From NCBI GenBank assembly GCA_020851035.1, contig JADZDM010000002.1, positions 3,995 to 67,994 on the forward strand: DNA of 64,000 nt, written 5' to 3'. This DNA comes from Gemmatimonadaceae bacterium. Its GTDB lineage: Bacteria > Gemmatimonadota > Gemmatimonadetes > Gemmatimonadales > Gemmatimonadaceae. Below the pieces are notes generated by a model. That model was not told the DNA's origin. It ran no database searches and saw only the letters and a list, made by a program, of their open reading frames with translations. Below, piece by piece: positions 38,829-47,352 of the stretch (the first letter of the stretch is position 1; each line of letters opens with the position of its first letter). The translations under genes were made by a program, and so were the position numbers.

Positions 38829-40478
38829 TCAGCGGGCAGAGAGGACGGAGCGGTAGACATCGCGATAGCGCTCTTCCGAGCGCTCCCAGCCGAAGTCACG
38901 GGCCATGCCATCGCGCATCATGCGGAACCACTGGTCGCGGTCCCGGTAGGCGATGACGGCCCGCGCCACCGCCTCGGCGAAGCCCGTGGCCGTGAACTCG
39001 TCGAACACGAACCCGGTGACGCCGTCGTGCACGGTGTCGGCCAGGCCACCGACCCGGCGGACCAGCGGCACTGTACCGTAGCGCTGTGCGCGCATCTGCG
39101 TGAGGCCGCACGGTTCGTAGAGGCAGGGCATGAGGAGCACGTCGCCGCCGGCCATCAGGCGGTGCTCCTTGTCGTCGGAGAAGTCCGTGTCGACGACGAT
39201 GCGATCGCGGTGGCGCGCGGCGAGGGCGCGCAGGCCGTTGACGAAGCGCGGATCCCCGTTGCCGAGGAAGACCCATTGCGCATCGGCATTGAAGATCCAC
39301 GGGTTGTCGAGGATCAGCTCCAGCCCCTTCTGCTGGACGAGGCGGGCGGTCATCACGAAGATCGGGACATCGGCGCGATCGGCGAGGCCCAGCTCTCGCT
39401 GCAGCGCCTGGCGGCAGGCGGCCTTGCCGCCGATGTCCTCGCGCGAGAACGGGGCCGCGATCGCGGGGTCGTTCTGCGGATCCCAGCGGGTCTGGTCGAT
39501 GCCGTTGAGGATGCCGCTGAACTGCGCCCCCTTGAGCAGGAACGTGTCGTGAAGGCCGAAGCCTCCCTCGGCGGTCCGCAGCTCGTCGGCGTGGGTCATG
39601 CTCACCGTCGTGACGGCGTCGGCGAAGGCCATGCCACCCTTGAGCAGGTTCATCCGGCCGTACCACTCGAACTGGTGGTGGTTGTACAGCGACATCGGGA
39701 GCCCGACCTCGGCCATGGTGCCGGCGTCGTAGTGGCCCTGGTAGCCCGCGTTGTGGACGGTGAGGACCGTGGCGACCTCGCGATGCCAGGGGCTGTCGGC
39801 GTACCAGGTGCGCAGGTAGGCGAGGGCCAGGCCGGTGTGCCAGTCGTGGGCGTGGAGGATGGCCGGGGCCGACGTGATCCGGGGGAGGATGCGGAGGGCG
39901 GCGGCGCAGAAGAAGGCGTAGCGACGGGCACTGTCGCCATAGGAGCCGCTGGCGTCGCCGTAGATCCCCGGGCGGTCGAACAGCTCGCGGTTGTCGATGA
40001 ACCAGACGGTCGGGAGTGCGGTGGCGCCGCGCATGCCGACGACCTCGGCCGTCCGGTCCGCGGGAAGGCGGTAGAGCTGGGTGCCGTATCCGCGAAAGGC
40101 GACGTCGGTGATGAACGGCGCGTCCACCGGCTCCAGGTCGGGGAACTGGTCGCGGACCTGTCGGTAGAGCGGAATGACGATCGACACATCCATGCCCGCG
40201 GCGGCCTGGTACGCGGCCAGGCTGCTGACGACCTCGCCGAGGCCCCCGGTTCGGGCGATCGGAGCGAGCTCGACCGACAAGTGGACCACCGAGACCGGTC
40301 GCTGGTCGCTGGCGGCGAGCGGGGTGGCGGGCTTCCGCTTGAGGAAGCGGCCATCAGCACCGCGCACCGCCGGTGCGGTCTTGGGCTTGGGGGTCCGCTT
40401 GGGGGTCCGCTTCGGCGCGGGCGCAGCGGCGGGCTTCGCCGCGGGCTTCGCTGCCTGCCGGGGAGTCCGTGGAGCCAT
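38829..40478 (-). CDS. glgA: Glycogen synthase (GT5) with an A/K/P-rich N-terminal extension
   Basis: ORF 38829..40976 trimmed to ATG 40476-40478. ..VVHLSVELAPIARTGGLGEVV.., ..HAHDWHT.., ..EPCGLTQM.. Confidence 0.9.
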   Translation of the reverse strand: MAPRTPRQAAKPAAKPAAAPAPKRTPKRTPKPKTAPAVRGADGRFLKRKPATPLAASDQRPVSVVHLSVELAPIARTGGLGEVVSSLAAYQAAAGMDVSIVIPLYRQVRDQFPDLEPVDAPFITDVAFRGYGTQLYRLPADRTAEVVGMRGATALPTVWFIDNRELFDRPGIYGDASGSYGDSARRYAFFCAAALRILPRITSAPAILHAHDWHTGLALAYLRTWYADSPWHREVATVLTVHNAGYQGHYDAGTMAEVGLPMSLYNHHQFEWYGRMNLLKGGMAFADAVTTVSMTHADELRTAEGGFGLHDTFLLKGAQFSGILNGIDQTRWDPQNDPAIAAPFSREDIGGKAACRQALQRELGLADRADVPIFVMTARLVQQKGLELILDNPWIFNADAQWVFLGNGDPRFVNGLRALAARHRDRIVVDTDFSDDKEHRLMAGGDVLLMPCLYEPCGLTQMRAQRYGTVPLVRRVGGLADTVHDGVTGFVFDEFTATGFAEAVARAVIAYRDRDQWFRMMRDGMARDFGWERSEERYRDVYRSVLSAR

Positions 40479-40737
40479 GAAGGGCTTCCTGCGAGAGGGG
40501 CAGACGACACCCCGCCGAGCATCGCAGGATGTACTGGTGAGTTCGGCAGGCGCGAGGGGTGACGCGCCGGTCCACTGGCCGCGGCACGCCGCTGGCAGGC
40601 GCCGCCGACCGACACTCGCAAGGTGCGCAGCCCGGAGCCGTATTTCCAGTAGGCGCCGCCCGGTTCGGGACGGTTCTCCGGCCCGCGCGTCTGCAGACAA
40701 CTGCCCGACTCCACCAGATGTCCCTAGTTTGCTGACC

Positions 40738-42876
40738 GTGACCAACATCATTCCGAGCCGGATCGCCGGCCTGCAAGAGCTCGCGAGTAATCTCTCGTGG
40801 AGCTGGAACCGCGAGGCGCGCGCCCTGTTCGCCGCCATCGACGACCGCCTCTGGCTGTCCACGCGCCACAACCCTGTCACCTTCCTCCAGCGGGTCGCGC
40901 CGGAGCGCCTGCAGGCCTGCGCCGACAACCCGGCCTTCCGGGCGATGTACGACGAGGCCATGCACTGGTCCCGCACCGAGGCCCAGTCGGACTCGACCTG
41001 GTTCGCGAAGACCTACCCAGAGCTGACGAAGTCGAAGATCGCCTATTTCTGCGCCGAGTTCGGGCTCCATTCCTCGGTCCCGATCTACTCGGGCGGCCTC
41101 GGCGTCCTGGCGGGTGACCACTGCAAGACCGCCTCGGACCTGGGCGTGCCGCTGGTCGGCGTCGGCCTGCTCTACCGGAACGGCTACTTCGACCAGCGCA
41201 TCAACGTGGATGGCTGGCAGGAGAACATGGATGACACCTTCGACCTGGCCAGCACGCCGATCACCCCGGTCCTGAACGCCGACGGCAGCGACCTGACCGT
41301 CTCGGTGATGGTGGCGGGTGCCGAGGTGCTGGTGCGGGCGTGGCGGCTGATGGTGGGCCGCGTGCCGCTGATCCTGCTGGACACCGACCTCCCGGCGAAC
41401 CGTCCCGAGGACCGGGAATTGCTGAGCCGGCTGTACGCTGGCGGCGTGGACCTGCGCCTCCGCCAGGAGTGGCTGCTCGGCGTGGGCGGCGTGCGGATCC
41501 TGCGCGCGCTCGGCATGGAGCCCGATGTGTGGCACGCCAACGAGGGGCACGCGAGCTTCATGTTCATCGAGCGGCTGCGAGAGCTGCGTTCGACCGGCAT
41601 GGCGATGGCGGCGGCGGTCACGGCCGTGCGGCGCGCCTCGGTGTTCACCACCCACACCCCCGTGCCCGCCGGCCACGACGTCTTCCAGCGGTCGGCCGTC
41701 GAGACGGTGCTCGGGCCGGTCTGGACGGACCTGGGCATCGACGCCGACGCTTTCGCGAACTTCGGGTTCCACCCGCACTACGGGAAGGACCAGTTCCACA
41801 TGACGGCATGCGCCGTCCGCTTCGCCTCGAAGGTGACCGGCGTGGCCAAGCTGCACGGCGAGGTGTCGCGCGAGCTGCTCCACCCCATGTGGCCGAACCG
41901 CGGCGTGAACCAGGTGCCGGTGGGGCACGTGACGAACGGCGTGCACCTGGCCACCTGGATGGCCAGCCCGATCATGAGCACGCTCGACAAGCACCTCGGG
42001 CGCGGCTGGGGCTTCCAGCTCGACAACCCGGACACGTGGAACCGCATCATGAAGGTGCCGGACGCCGATCTCTGGGCGGCCCACCTCGAGCTGAAGAACG
42101 TGCTGATGGACCGCGTGATCGAGCGCGCGCGCCGCAGCTTCGCCCGCGGCCACAAGGAGGCCACGCAGACGGTGAGCGCCGGCGTGCTGCTCGACCGGTC
42201 GAGCCTGATGATCGGCTTCGCGCGCCGGTTCGCGACCTACAAGCGCGCCGACCTGCTGTTCCACGATCCGGAGCGGCTCCGCAAGATCCTGACGAACCCC
42301 GTCGCGCCGGTGCAGCTGGTGTTCGCCGGCAAGGCGCACCCTGCCGACGGGCCGGGCAAGACCGTGCTGCAGCGCGTGTACCAGTTCACGCGCGACCCGC
42401 GGTTCGAGGGCCGCGTGGCCTTCATCGAGGACTATGACATGCACGTGGCCCACCTGCTGGTGCAGGGCGTGGACATGTGGATGAACCTTCCCCGCCCCCC
42501 TCTCGAGGCCTCCGGCACCAGCGGCATGAAGGCGGCGCTCAACGGTGTGCCCCAGCTCAGCACGATCGACGGCTGGTGGGCCGAGGGGTGCGACGGCACC
42601 AACGGCTGGTCGGTCACGGCGCCGAACGACCCGTCGCAGGACGCGGCTGCCGCGAACAACGTGTACGAGCTCCTCGAGCGCGAGGTGGTGCCGCGGTTCT
42701 ACGACCGCACGCACCGCGACGCGATCCCGGCCAAGTGGCTGGCGACGATGAAGCACAGCATCCGGCAGGCGGGGCGCTTCTTCACCGCCGCCCGCATGGT
42801 GCAGCAGTACACCACCGAGTACTACGCACCGGCCATCATCGGCGGCGACTTCCCCGACGATCCACCGACGGCGTGA
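40738..42876 (+). CDS. glgP: Alpha-glucan phosphorylase (GT35, DUF3417 N-terminus)
   Basis: ORF 40174..42876 trimmed to GTG 40738; TTG 40729 is also possible. ..LASNLSWSWNREARALF.., ..YFCAEFGLHSSVPIYSGGLGVLAGDHCKTASDLGVPLVGVGLLY.., ..EASGTSGMKAALNG.. Confidence 0.9.
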   Translation: MTNIIPSRIAGLQELASNLSWSWNREARALFAAIDDRLWLSTRHNPVTFLQRVAPERLQACADNPAFRAMYDEAMHWSRTEAQSDSTWFAKTYPELTKSKIAYFCAEFGLHSSVPIYSGGLGVLAGDHCKTASDLGVPLVGVGLLYRNGYFDQRINVDGWQENMDDTFDLASTPITPVLNADGSDLTVSVMVAGAEVLVRAWRLMVGRVPLILLDTDLPANRPEDRELLSRLYAGGVDLRLRQEWLLGVGGVRILRALGMEPDVWHANEGHASFMFIERLRELRSTGMAMAAAVTAVRRASVFTTHTPVPAGHDVFQRSAVETVLGPVWTDLGIDADAFANFGFHPHYGKDQFHMTACAVRFASKVTGVAKLHGEVSRELLHPMWPNRGVNQVPVGHVTNGVHLATWMASPIMSTLDKHLGRGWGFQLDNPDTWNRIMKVPDADLWAAHLELKNVLMDRVIERARRSFARGHKEATQTVSAGVLLDRSSLMIGFARRFATYKRADLLFHDPERLRKILTNPVAPVQLVFAGKAHPADGPGKTVLQRVYQFTRDPRFEGRVAFIEDYDMHVAHLLVQGVDMWMNLPRPPLEASGTSGMKAALNGVPQLSTIDGWWAEGCDGTNGWSVTAPNDPSQDAAAANNVYELLEREVVPRFYDRTHRDAIPAKWLATMKHSIRQAGRFFTAARMVQQYTTEYYAPAIIGGDFPDDPPTA

Positions 42877-44162
42877 GTTCCGTCGTACTCCACGCGCACT
42901 GCTACCAGCCACCGCGCGAGGACCCGTTCACGGGCCTCGTGCCGGTGGAGCGCACTGCGGCGCCGTTCCACGACTGGAACGCGCGCATCACCGACGAGTC
43001 GTACCTCCCGCTCACCACCGCCCGTGACATCGCGGCGCGGAACCGCGTGAACCTGTTCGAGTGGATCAGCTTCAACGTCGGGCCGACGCTGGCGAGCTGG
43101 CTGGACCGCGAGGCGCCCGCCGTGCTCGAGTCGATGCGGCACGGCGACGCGCGGTCGGCGCAGCGCGTCGGCGCGGGCAACGCGATCGCGAGCGCCTACA
43201 ACCACGTGATCCTGCCGCTGGCGTCGCCGCACGAGCGGCAGCGCGAGATAGCGTGGGGGCTGCACGACTTCCGCACCCGGTTCGGGCGCGAGGCGCGCGG
43301 ATTCTGGTGTCCGGAGACGGCGATCGACGACGACACCGCACAGGCGCTGGCCGAGGCCGGCGTGCAGTTCGTGATCGTGGCCCCGTACCAGATCCGCCAT
43401 GGCGGCAGCGACGGCCAGCCGCGGCGCTGGCGGGGAGCCAACGGGCGATCGCTGTTCCTGGCGCCGTACCACGGGGAGCTGAGCGGCTCGATCGGCTTCG
43501 GCGACCTGGCGCAGCAGGGCGAACGGCTGGCGGATGCGCTGGCCGCCGTGAGCAGCGCGCAGGGCATCGCGAGCATCGCCACCGACGGCGAGACGTTCGG
43601 CCACCACAAGCGGCATGGCGAGATGGCGCTCGCCACCGCGGTCGGCTCGCTGCGGCGCACGCACCGCGCCACGGTGACGAACTTCGCCGCCATCATCGAC
43701 AGCCGGGACGACTGGGCGGACGGGGCGCTCGTCTCGCCCAGTGCCTGGAGCTGCGCGCACGGGGTGGAGCGCTGGCGCTCGAACTGCGGCTGCGGCGCGA
43801 CGCACGAGACCGGGCGTGCCCAGGAATGGCGCGGGCCGTTGCGGGCCGCGCTCCGCTGGCTGGCCGAGGCACTGGACGCGGCCGACGGTGACGACCCGGC
43901 CCTCACGCCGCAGCGGCGGGCGCGCTACGGGATGTTCACGAGCTGCGGCTGGTTCTTCGACCGGTTCGAAGGGCACGAGACGCGCCTGCTGCTGCGGATG
44001 GCGGCCTTCGCGATCGCGGGCCGGCCTGACGCCGACGCGCTGGAGGCTGGCCTCGTGGCACGCCTGATCCACGCGAACTGCAATGACCGCTCGCTCGGCA
44101 ACGGCGCCGACCTCTGGTACCGCGACTTCCACCCGCTGGTCGCCGCGGTGGCGCAGGCCTGA
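42873..44162 (+). CDS. Second GH57 family protein (DUF3536-like C-terminus)
   Basis: GTG 42873 overlaps the glgP stop (GTGA). ..VVLHAHCYQPPRED.., ..ATDGETFGHH.., ..FTSCGWFFD.. Confidence 0.8.
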   Translation: MSSVVLHAHCYQPPREDPFTGLVPVERTAAPFHDWNARITDESYLPLTTARDIAARNRVNLFEWISFNVGPTLASWLDREAPAVLESMRHGDARSAQRVGAGNAIASAYNHVILPLASPHERQREIAWGLHDFRTRFGREARGFWCPETAIDDDTAQALAEAGVQFVIVAPYQIRHGGSDGQPRRWRGANGRSLFLAPYHGELSGSIGFGDLAQQGERLADALAAVSSAQGIASIATDGETFGHHKRHGEMALATAVGSLRRTHRATVTNFAAIIDSRDDWADGALVSPSAWSCAHGVERWRSNCGCGATHETGRAQEWRGPLRAALRWLAEALDAADGDDPALTPQRRARYGMFTSCGWFFDRFEGHETRLLLRMAAFAIAGRPDADALEAGLVARLIHANCNDRSLGNGADLWYRDFHPLVAAVAQA

Positions 44163-44189
44163 CTGCCAGTCCCCGCAATTCCGTTGCAG

Positions 44190-44426
44190 AGATTCGGTGA
44201 CACGAAATTCGGTGACAGTGCACTCAGGAATTCGGTGACAGTGCACTCTGGAAATTCGGTGACAGTGCACTCAGAGATTCGGTGCAGTGCACTGTCACCG
44301 GATTTTCAGTGCACTGTCACCAGATTTTCGTGGATTTTCAGTGCACTGTCACCAGATTTTCGTGTCACCGGATTTTCGACAGTGCGCTGTCACCGAATAT
44401 TCCCACCGAATATTCTGTCACCGAAT
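44190..44426. repeat. Palindromic repeat array A (core GGTGACAGTGCAC / GTGCACTGTCACC)
   Basis: Forward cores at 44211-44223, 44234-44246 and 44258-44270, with a truncated copy at 44196-44203. Hinge GGTGCAGTGCACTGTCACC at 44281-44299. Reverse cores at 44309-44321 and 44341-44353, with degenerate copies at 44362-44369, 44382-44394 and 44415-44422. Lies between convergent genes. Confidence 0.85.
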
Positions 44427-44436
44427 CGCTCCGGAG

Positions 44437-44919
44437 CTAGGGCAACGGCGCCGGCCGGCTGCTGCCGGTGAACAGCAGCGTCCGGCGTGACCGACCGCTG
44501 GCGACCTGCACGATGTTCACCTGGTCGGCATGCAGCTCCGTGAGCATCTGGTTCCGGATCACCAGCGGGAGTGCAGCCGGACGCTCGATTCGGAAGCAGA
44601 GCCAGTACAGCTCCGCGGCCCGTCGCATGCCGCACGGCTGCAGCACCACGGGCGCGCCGCCCATCGTCACGGAGAACCGGGCGCGTACGTAGCGGACGAC
44701 ATCCGGCACCGGTGCCGAGCTGTCGCGTGGCGCCGCGCGACCGGCATGGCGCGCCACCGACACCGCGAAGTCGTCGGCGAAGGCGCGGATGCGAAGGGTC
44801 ACGCCCCCGTCATCGACGGTCCACTCGGTCAGCGTGGTGTGGATGGCATGCGCACCGGCGGGCTGCGCTGCCACCAGCGCCAGCGCCGCCAGCAGCACGC
44901 CACGTCGCAGCGGCGGCAT
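44437..44919 (-). CDS. DUF6702-like secreted protein
   Basis: ORF 44437..45399 trimmed to ATG 44917-44919, a TGATG overlap with the hupE-like stop. MPPLRRGVLLAALALVAAQPAGAHAIHTTLTEWTV..IRAFADDF.. Confidence 0.55.
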   Translation of the reverse strand: MPPLRRGVLLAALALVAAQPAGAHAIHTTLTEWTVDDGGVTLRIRAFADDFAVSVARHAGRAAPRDSSAPVPDVVRYVRARFSVTMGGAPVVLQPCGMRRAAELYWLCFRIERPAALPLVIRNQMLTELHADQVNIVQVASGRSRRTLLFTGSSRPAPLP

Positions 44920-45530
44920 CACGCCGGATACCGCGCGACGGCCCACGCGGTCGCGACCACCGTGACCAGCGCCGAGACGCCGACCACGCGCAGCTGGAAC
45001 GCGTCGGGCAGTCCCCGTCCTGCCGCCGGCACGTGCGCCAGCAGGCGATCGGCCGCCGCAAAGCCCACGGCAGCCACCGCGAGCACCACCACCTGCCCTG
45101 CCTCGATGCCGAGGTTGAATCCGAGGAGCGGAACCGCAAGGTGATCCATGAAGAGGCCCTGCAGGTACCCGGCGAACCCGGCGCCATGCACGATGCCGAA
45201 CAGTCCCGCGAACAGCGGTCGGTGGCGCGCCGACCGTCCGCTGGCGGCCCGCTCCCGCAGGATGAGGTTCTCGACGCCCGTGGCCACGATCGTGACCGGG
45301 ATCAGGAACTCCACCACGCCTGACGGCAGCACCAGCGCACCGGTGACGGCCAGCAGCAGCGAGATCGAGTGCCCGACGGTGAAGGCGCTGATCACCCACA
45401 GTGCCGCGCGCCAGTCAGGCACCCGGTAGATGGCGGCCAGCACCAGCAGGAACAGGATGTGATCGGCGGCGTCCCAGGCGACGATGTGCCGGAAGCCGAG
45501 CTCCAGGAACGCCAGCCACTCGGAGATCAC
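44919..45530 (-). CDS. HupE/UreJ family membrane protein
   Basis: ORF 44919..45779 trimmed to GTG 45528-45530, a GTGA overlap with the upstream stop. ..GFRHIVAWDAADHILFLLVL..FTVGHSISL..GIVHGAGFA..GFNLGIEAGQ.. Confidence 0.8.
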   Translation of the reverse strand: MISEWLAFLELGFRHIVAWDAADHILFLLVLAAIYRVPDWRAALWVISAFTVGHSISLLLAVTGALVLPSGVVEFLIPVTIVATGVENLILRERAASGRSARHRPLFAGLFGIVHGAGFAGYLQGLFMDHLAVPLLGFNLGIEAGQVVVLAVAAVGFAAADRLLAHVPAAGRGLPDAFQLRVVGVSALVTVVATAWAVARYPA

Positions 45531-46756
45531 TCCCCTGCCCCCGCGACCGGTGCGCGCAGGCCGATGGCAGCGGCGTGGCGCGCCAGGAGGGGATCGCGCG
45601 TGTGCAGCCGCAGCGCATGACCCATAGCGACCTTCGCCTCGGCGGACCGGCCGGCCTTGTGCAACGCCCATGCATAGACATCCCAGCCGTAGATGTCGCG
45701 GCGCTGGCGCAGCTCTTCGGCGGCCTTCGTGAGCACCAGCGGCACCTGCCGTCCCTGATCCAGCAGATGCAGGCTCCACGCGCGATGATACGCACCAGGC
45801 TGTGACGACACGGCCGTCTCCAGCGCGATCCCGTATTCCTCGGCACGCGCACTGTCACCGAGCGCGGCGAACGCGCTGCTCACGAGGCCGAGCGTGCCCG
45901 GGTCGAGCTGCAATCCCACCGCCGCCTCGCCCCACTCGATCACGCCGCGCGGGTCGCCGGCTGCATCCGCCAGCCGGGCCATCGCGCCGAGCAGCCGCGG
46001 ATCACCAGGCTCGATGGCGAGTCCCGAGCGATACGCGGCCCCGGCTGCGGTCCGTCGGTCGCTGCGCAGCTCGAGATCACCGAGCCTGAGGTTGAACCAG
46101 GCCTGCGTCTCGCGCGAGATGTCCCGGCGGCTGACGGCATCGTCACGGGCCGCGGTGAGGAGCTGGCGTGCCTGGGTGACATGCCCGTGCAGCTCGAGCC
46201 AGCGTGCCAGGCGCGCGGCGATCGTGAGCGTGCCACGGTGCGGCCACAGCGCGCCGAAGAGGGTGTCGGCCTGCGTGTCGTCGCCGAGTTCCATCGCCAC
46301 CTCGGCGAGCGTCGCACGGTACTCCGGCACCTCCGGATCGTGGCGCACCAGGTCGCGGGCCACCTCGCGGGCCTCGGTGAACCGGTGCTGCGCGAGCAGG
46401 ATGCCGGTGAGCGTCGAGGCCGTGGAGGCGTTGCGAAAGGTGCGGCGTGCCAGCGACGCACGCGCGAACGCCTCGGCGCGCACGATATCGTCCCAGCCGC
46501 CGCCCTCGCGGGACCGTTGCAGGTGGAGCGCGGCGAGCTGGCCGAGCACCAGCGCGCTGCCGGTATCCGCGGCCAGCGCCTGGTGCCAGACCGCGATCTG
46601 CCGGTCACGGCTGGAGCGTTCGGCGAATCCCGCATCCGCCACGGGCGCAGCGATGCCCGCTGCGCGCGTGGCGTGTGCTGCGCGCACGAGCACCGTCCCG
46701 CCCCCTGCCGCGGCAAGGACGGACACGATGACGAGACGCAGCGTGCGGGCCCGCAT
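45527..46756 (-). CDS. TPR-like repeat protein, secreted
   Basis: 409 aa. Signal peptide MRARTLRLVIVSVLAAAGG, then A/L/R-rich helical repeats. Confidence 0.65.
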   Translation of the reverse strand: MRARTLRLVIVSVLAAAGGGTVLVRAAHATRAAGIAAPVADAGFAERSSRDRQIAVWHQALAADTGSALVLGQLAALHLQRSREGGGWDDIVRAEAFARASLARRTFRNASTASTLTGILLAQHRFTEAREVARDLVRHDPEVPEYRATLAEVAMELGDDTQADTLFGALWPHRGTLTIAARLARWLELHGHVTQARQLLTAARDDAVSRRDISRETQAWFNLRLGDLELRSDRRTAAGAAYRSGLAIEPGDPRLLGAMARLADAAGDPRGVIEWGEAAVGLQLDPGTLGLVSSAFAALGDSARAEEYGIALETAVSSQPGAYHRAWSLHLLDQGRQVPLVLTKAAEELRQRRDIYGWDVYAWALHKAGRSAEAKVAMGHALRLHTRDPLLARHAAAIGLRAPVAGAGE

Positions 46757-47352
46757 CAGCGCGCCGCCTCGAGGTAGGGGAAGGCCGTGCCGTAGGTGCG
46801 CGTGCTGGTGCTGATGTTGTCAGAGGTGAGGCCGGTGACGACCGCTGCCGACGGATCGAGCAGCCTGCCGAAGACGGCGGTGAGGCCCGCATCGACCACG
46901 TCGTCCTGGAGCTTGCGGCCACCATAGCCGCTGGCCAGCGCCCAACTCAACCAGCCCGCGGTGGCACCGTCACGGTTCGGGTAGACCAGCAGCACATCCG
47001 GGACCAGCACCGCAGCGAGGGTGTTGGCGATCGTGGGGCCGCGGTTGAACGCATTGGTGAACCCCTTGATCTTGTCGCCGAATCCGTTGGCGACGTCGGT
47101 GGCCGGCGCAGTGCTGTTGTGGAGTCCGTGATCCCGCTTCGCGAAGAAGACCTCGCTGACGAGGGGATTGCCGAGGCGCTCCACCTGGTTGTAGGTGCGC
47201 GTGACGTCGGGTGAGGTGGACCCACCGTCGTTGTCGTCGGAGCAGGCGGCGACGGTGAGCAGCAGGAGGGCTGCGGCGGAGAGGCGTGCGAAAAGGCGAG
47301 TCGACATGGTGGAGGTCCCGGTGCGGGGTGGTGTCGCGAGCGGCGTGGTCAT
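46756..47352 (-). CDS. DUF4331-related lipoprotein
   Basis: Lipobox LTVAAC. ..VERLGNPLVSEVFF.. ATG 47350-47352 shares 1 nt with the upstream stop. ATG 47305-47307 is an alternative start. Confidence 0.65.
   Translation of the reverse strand: MTTPLATPPRTGTSTMSTRLFARLSAAALLLLTVAACSDDNDGGSTSPDVTRTYNQVERLGNPLVSEVFFAKRDHGLHNSTAPATDVANGFGDKIKGFTNAFNRGPTIANTLAAVLVPDVLLVYPNRDGATAGWLSWALASGYGGRKLQDDVVDAGLTAVFGRLLDPSAAVVTGLTSDNISTSTRTYGTAFPYLEAAR

Noticed and set aside
44184-44490. ORFs inside the repeat arrays. Examples are 44184..44471, 44287..44490, 43936..44223, 51472..51885, 51803..52474 and 51928..52200, which encode MHCHRF/SALSPDF-type peptides.
   Set aside because: The reiterated peptide motifs are just translations of the GGTGACAGTGCAC repeats in different frames and orientations. 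There is no protein-like context.
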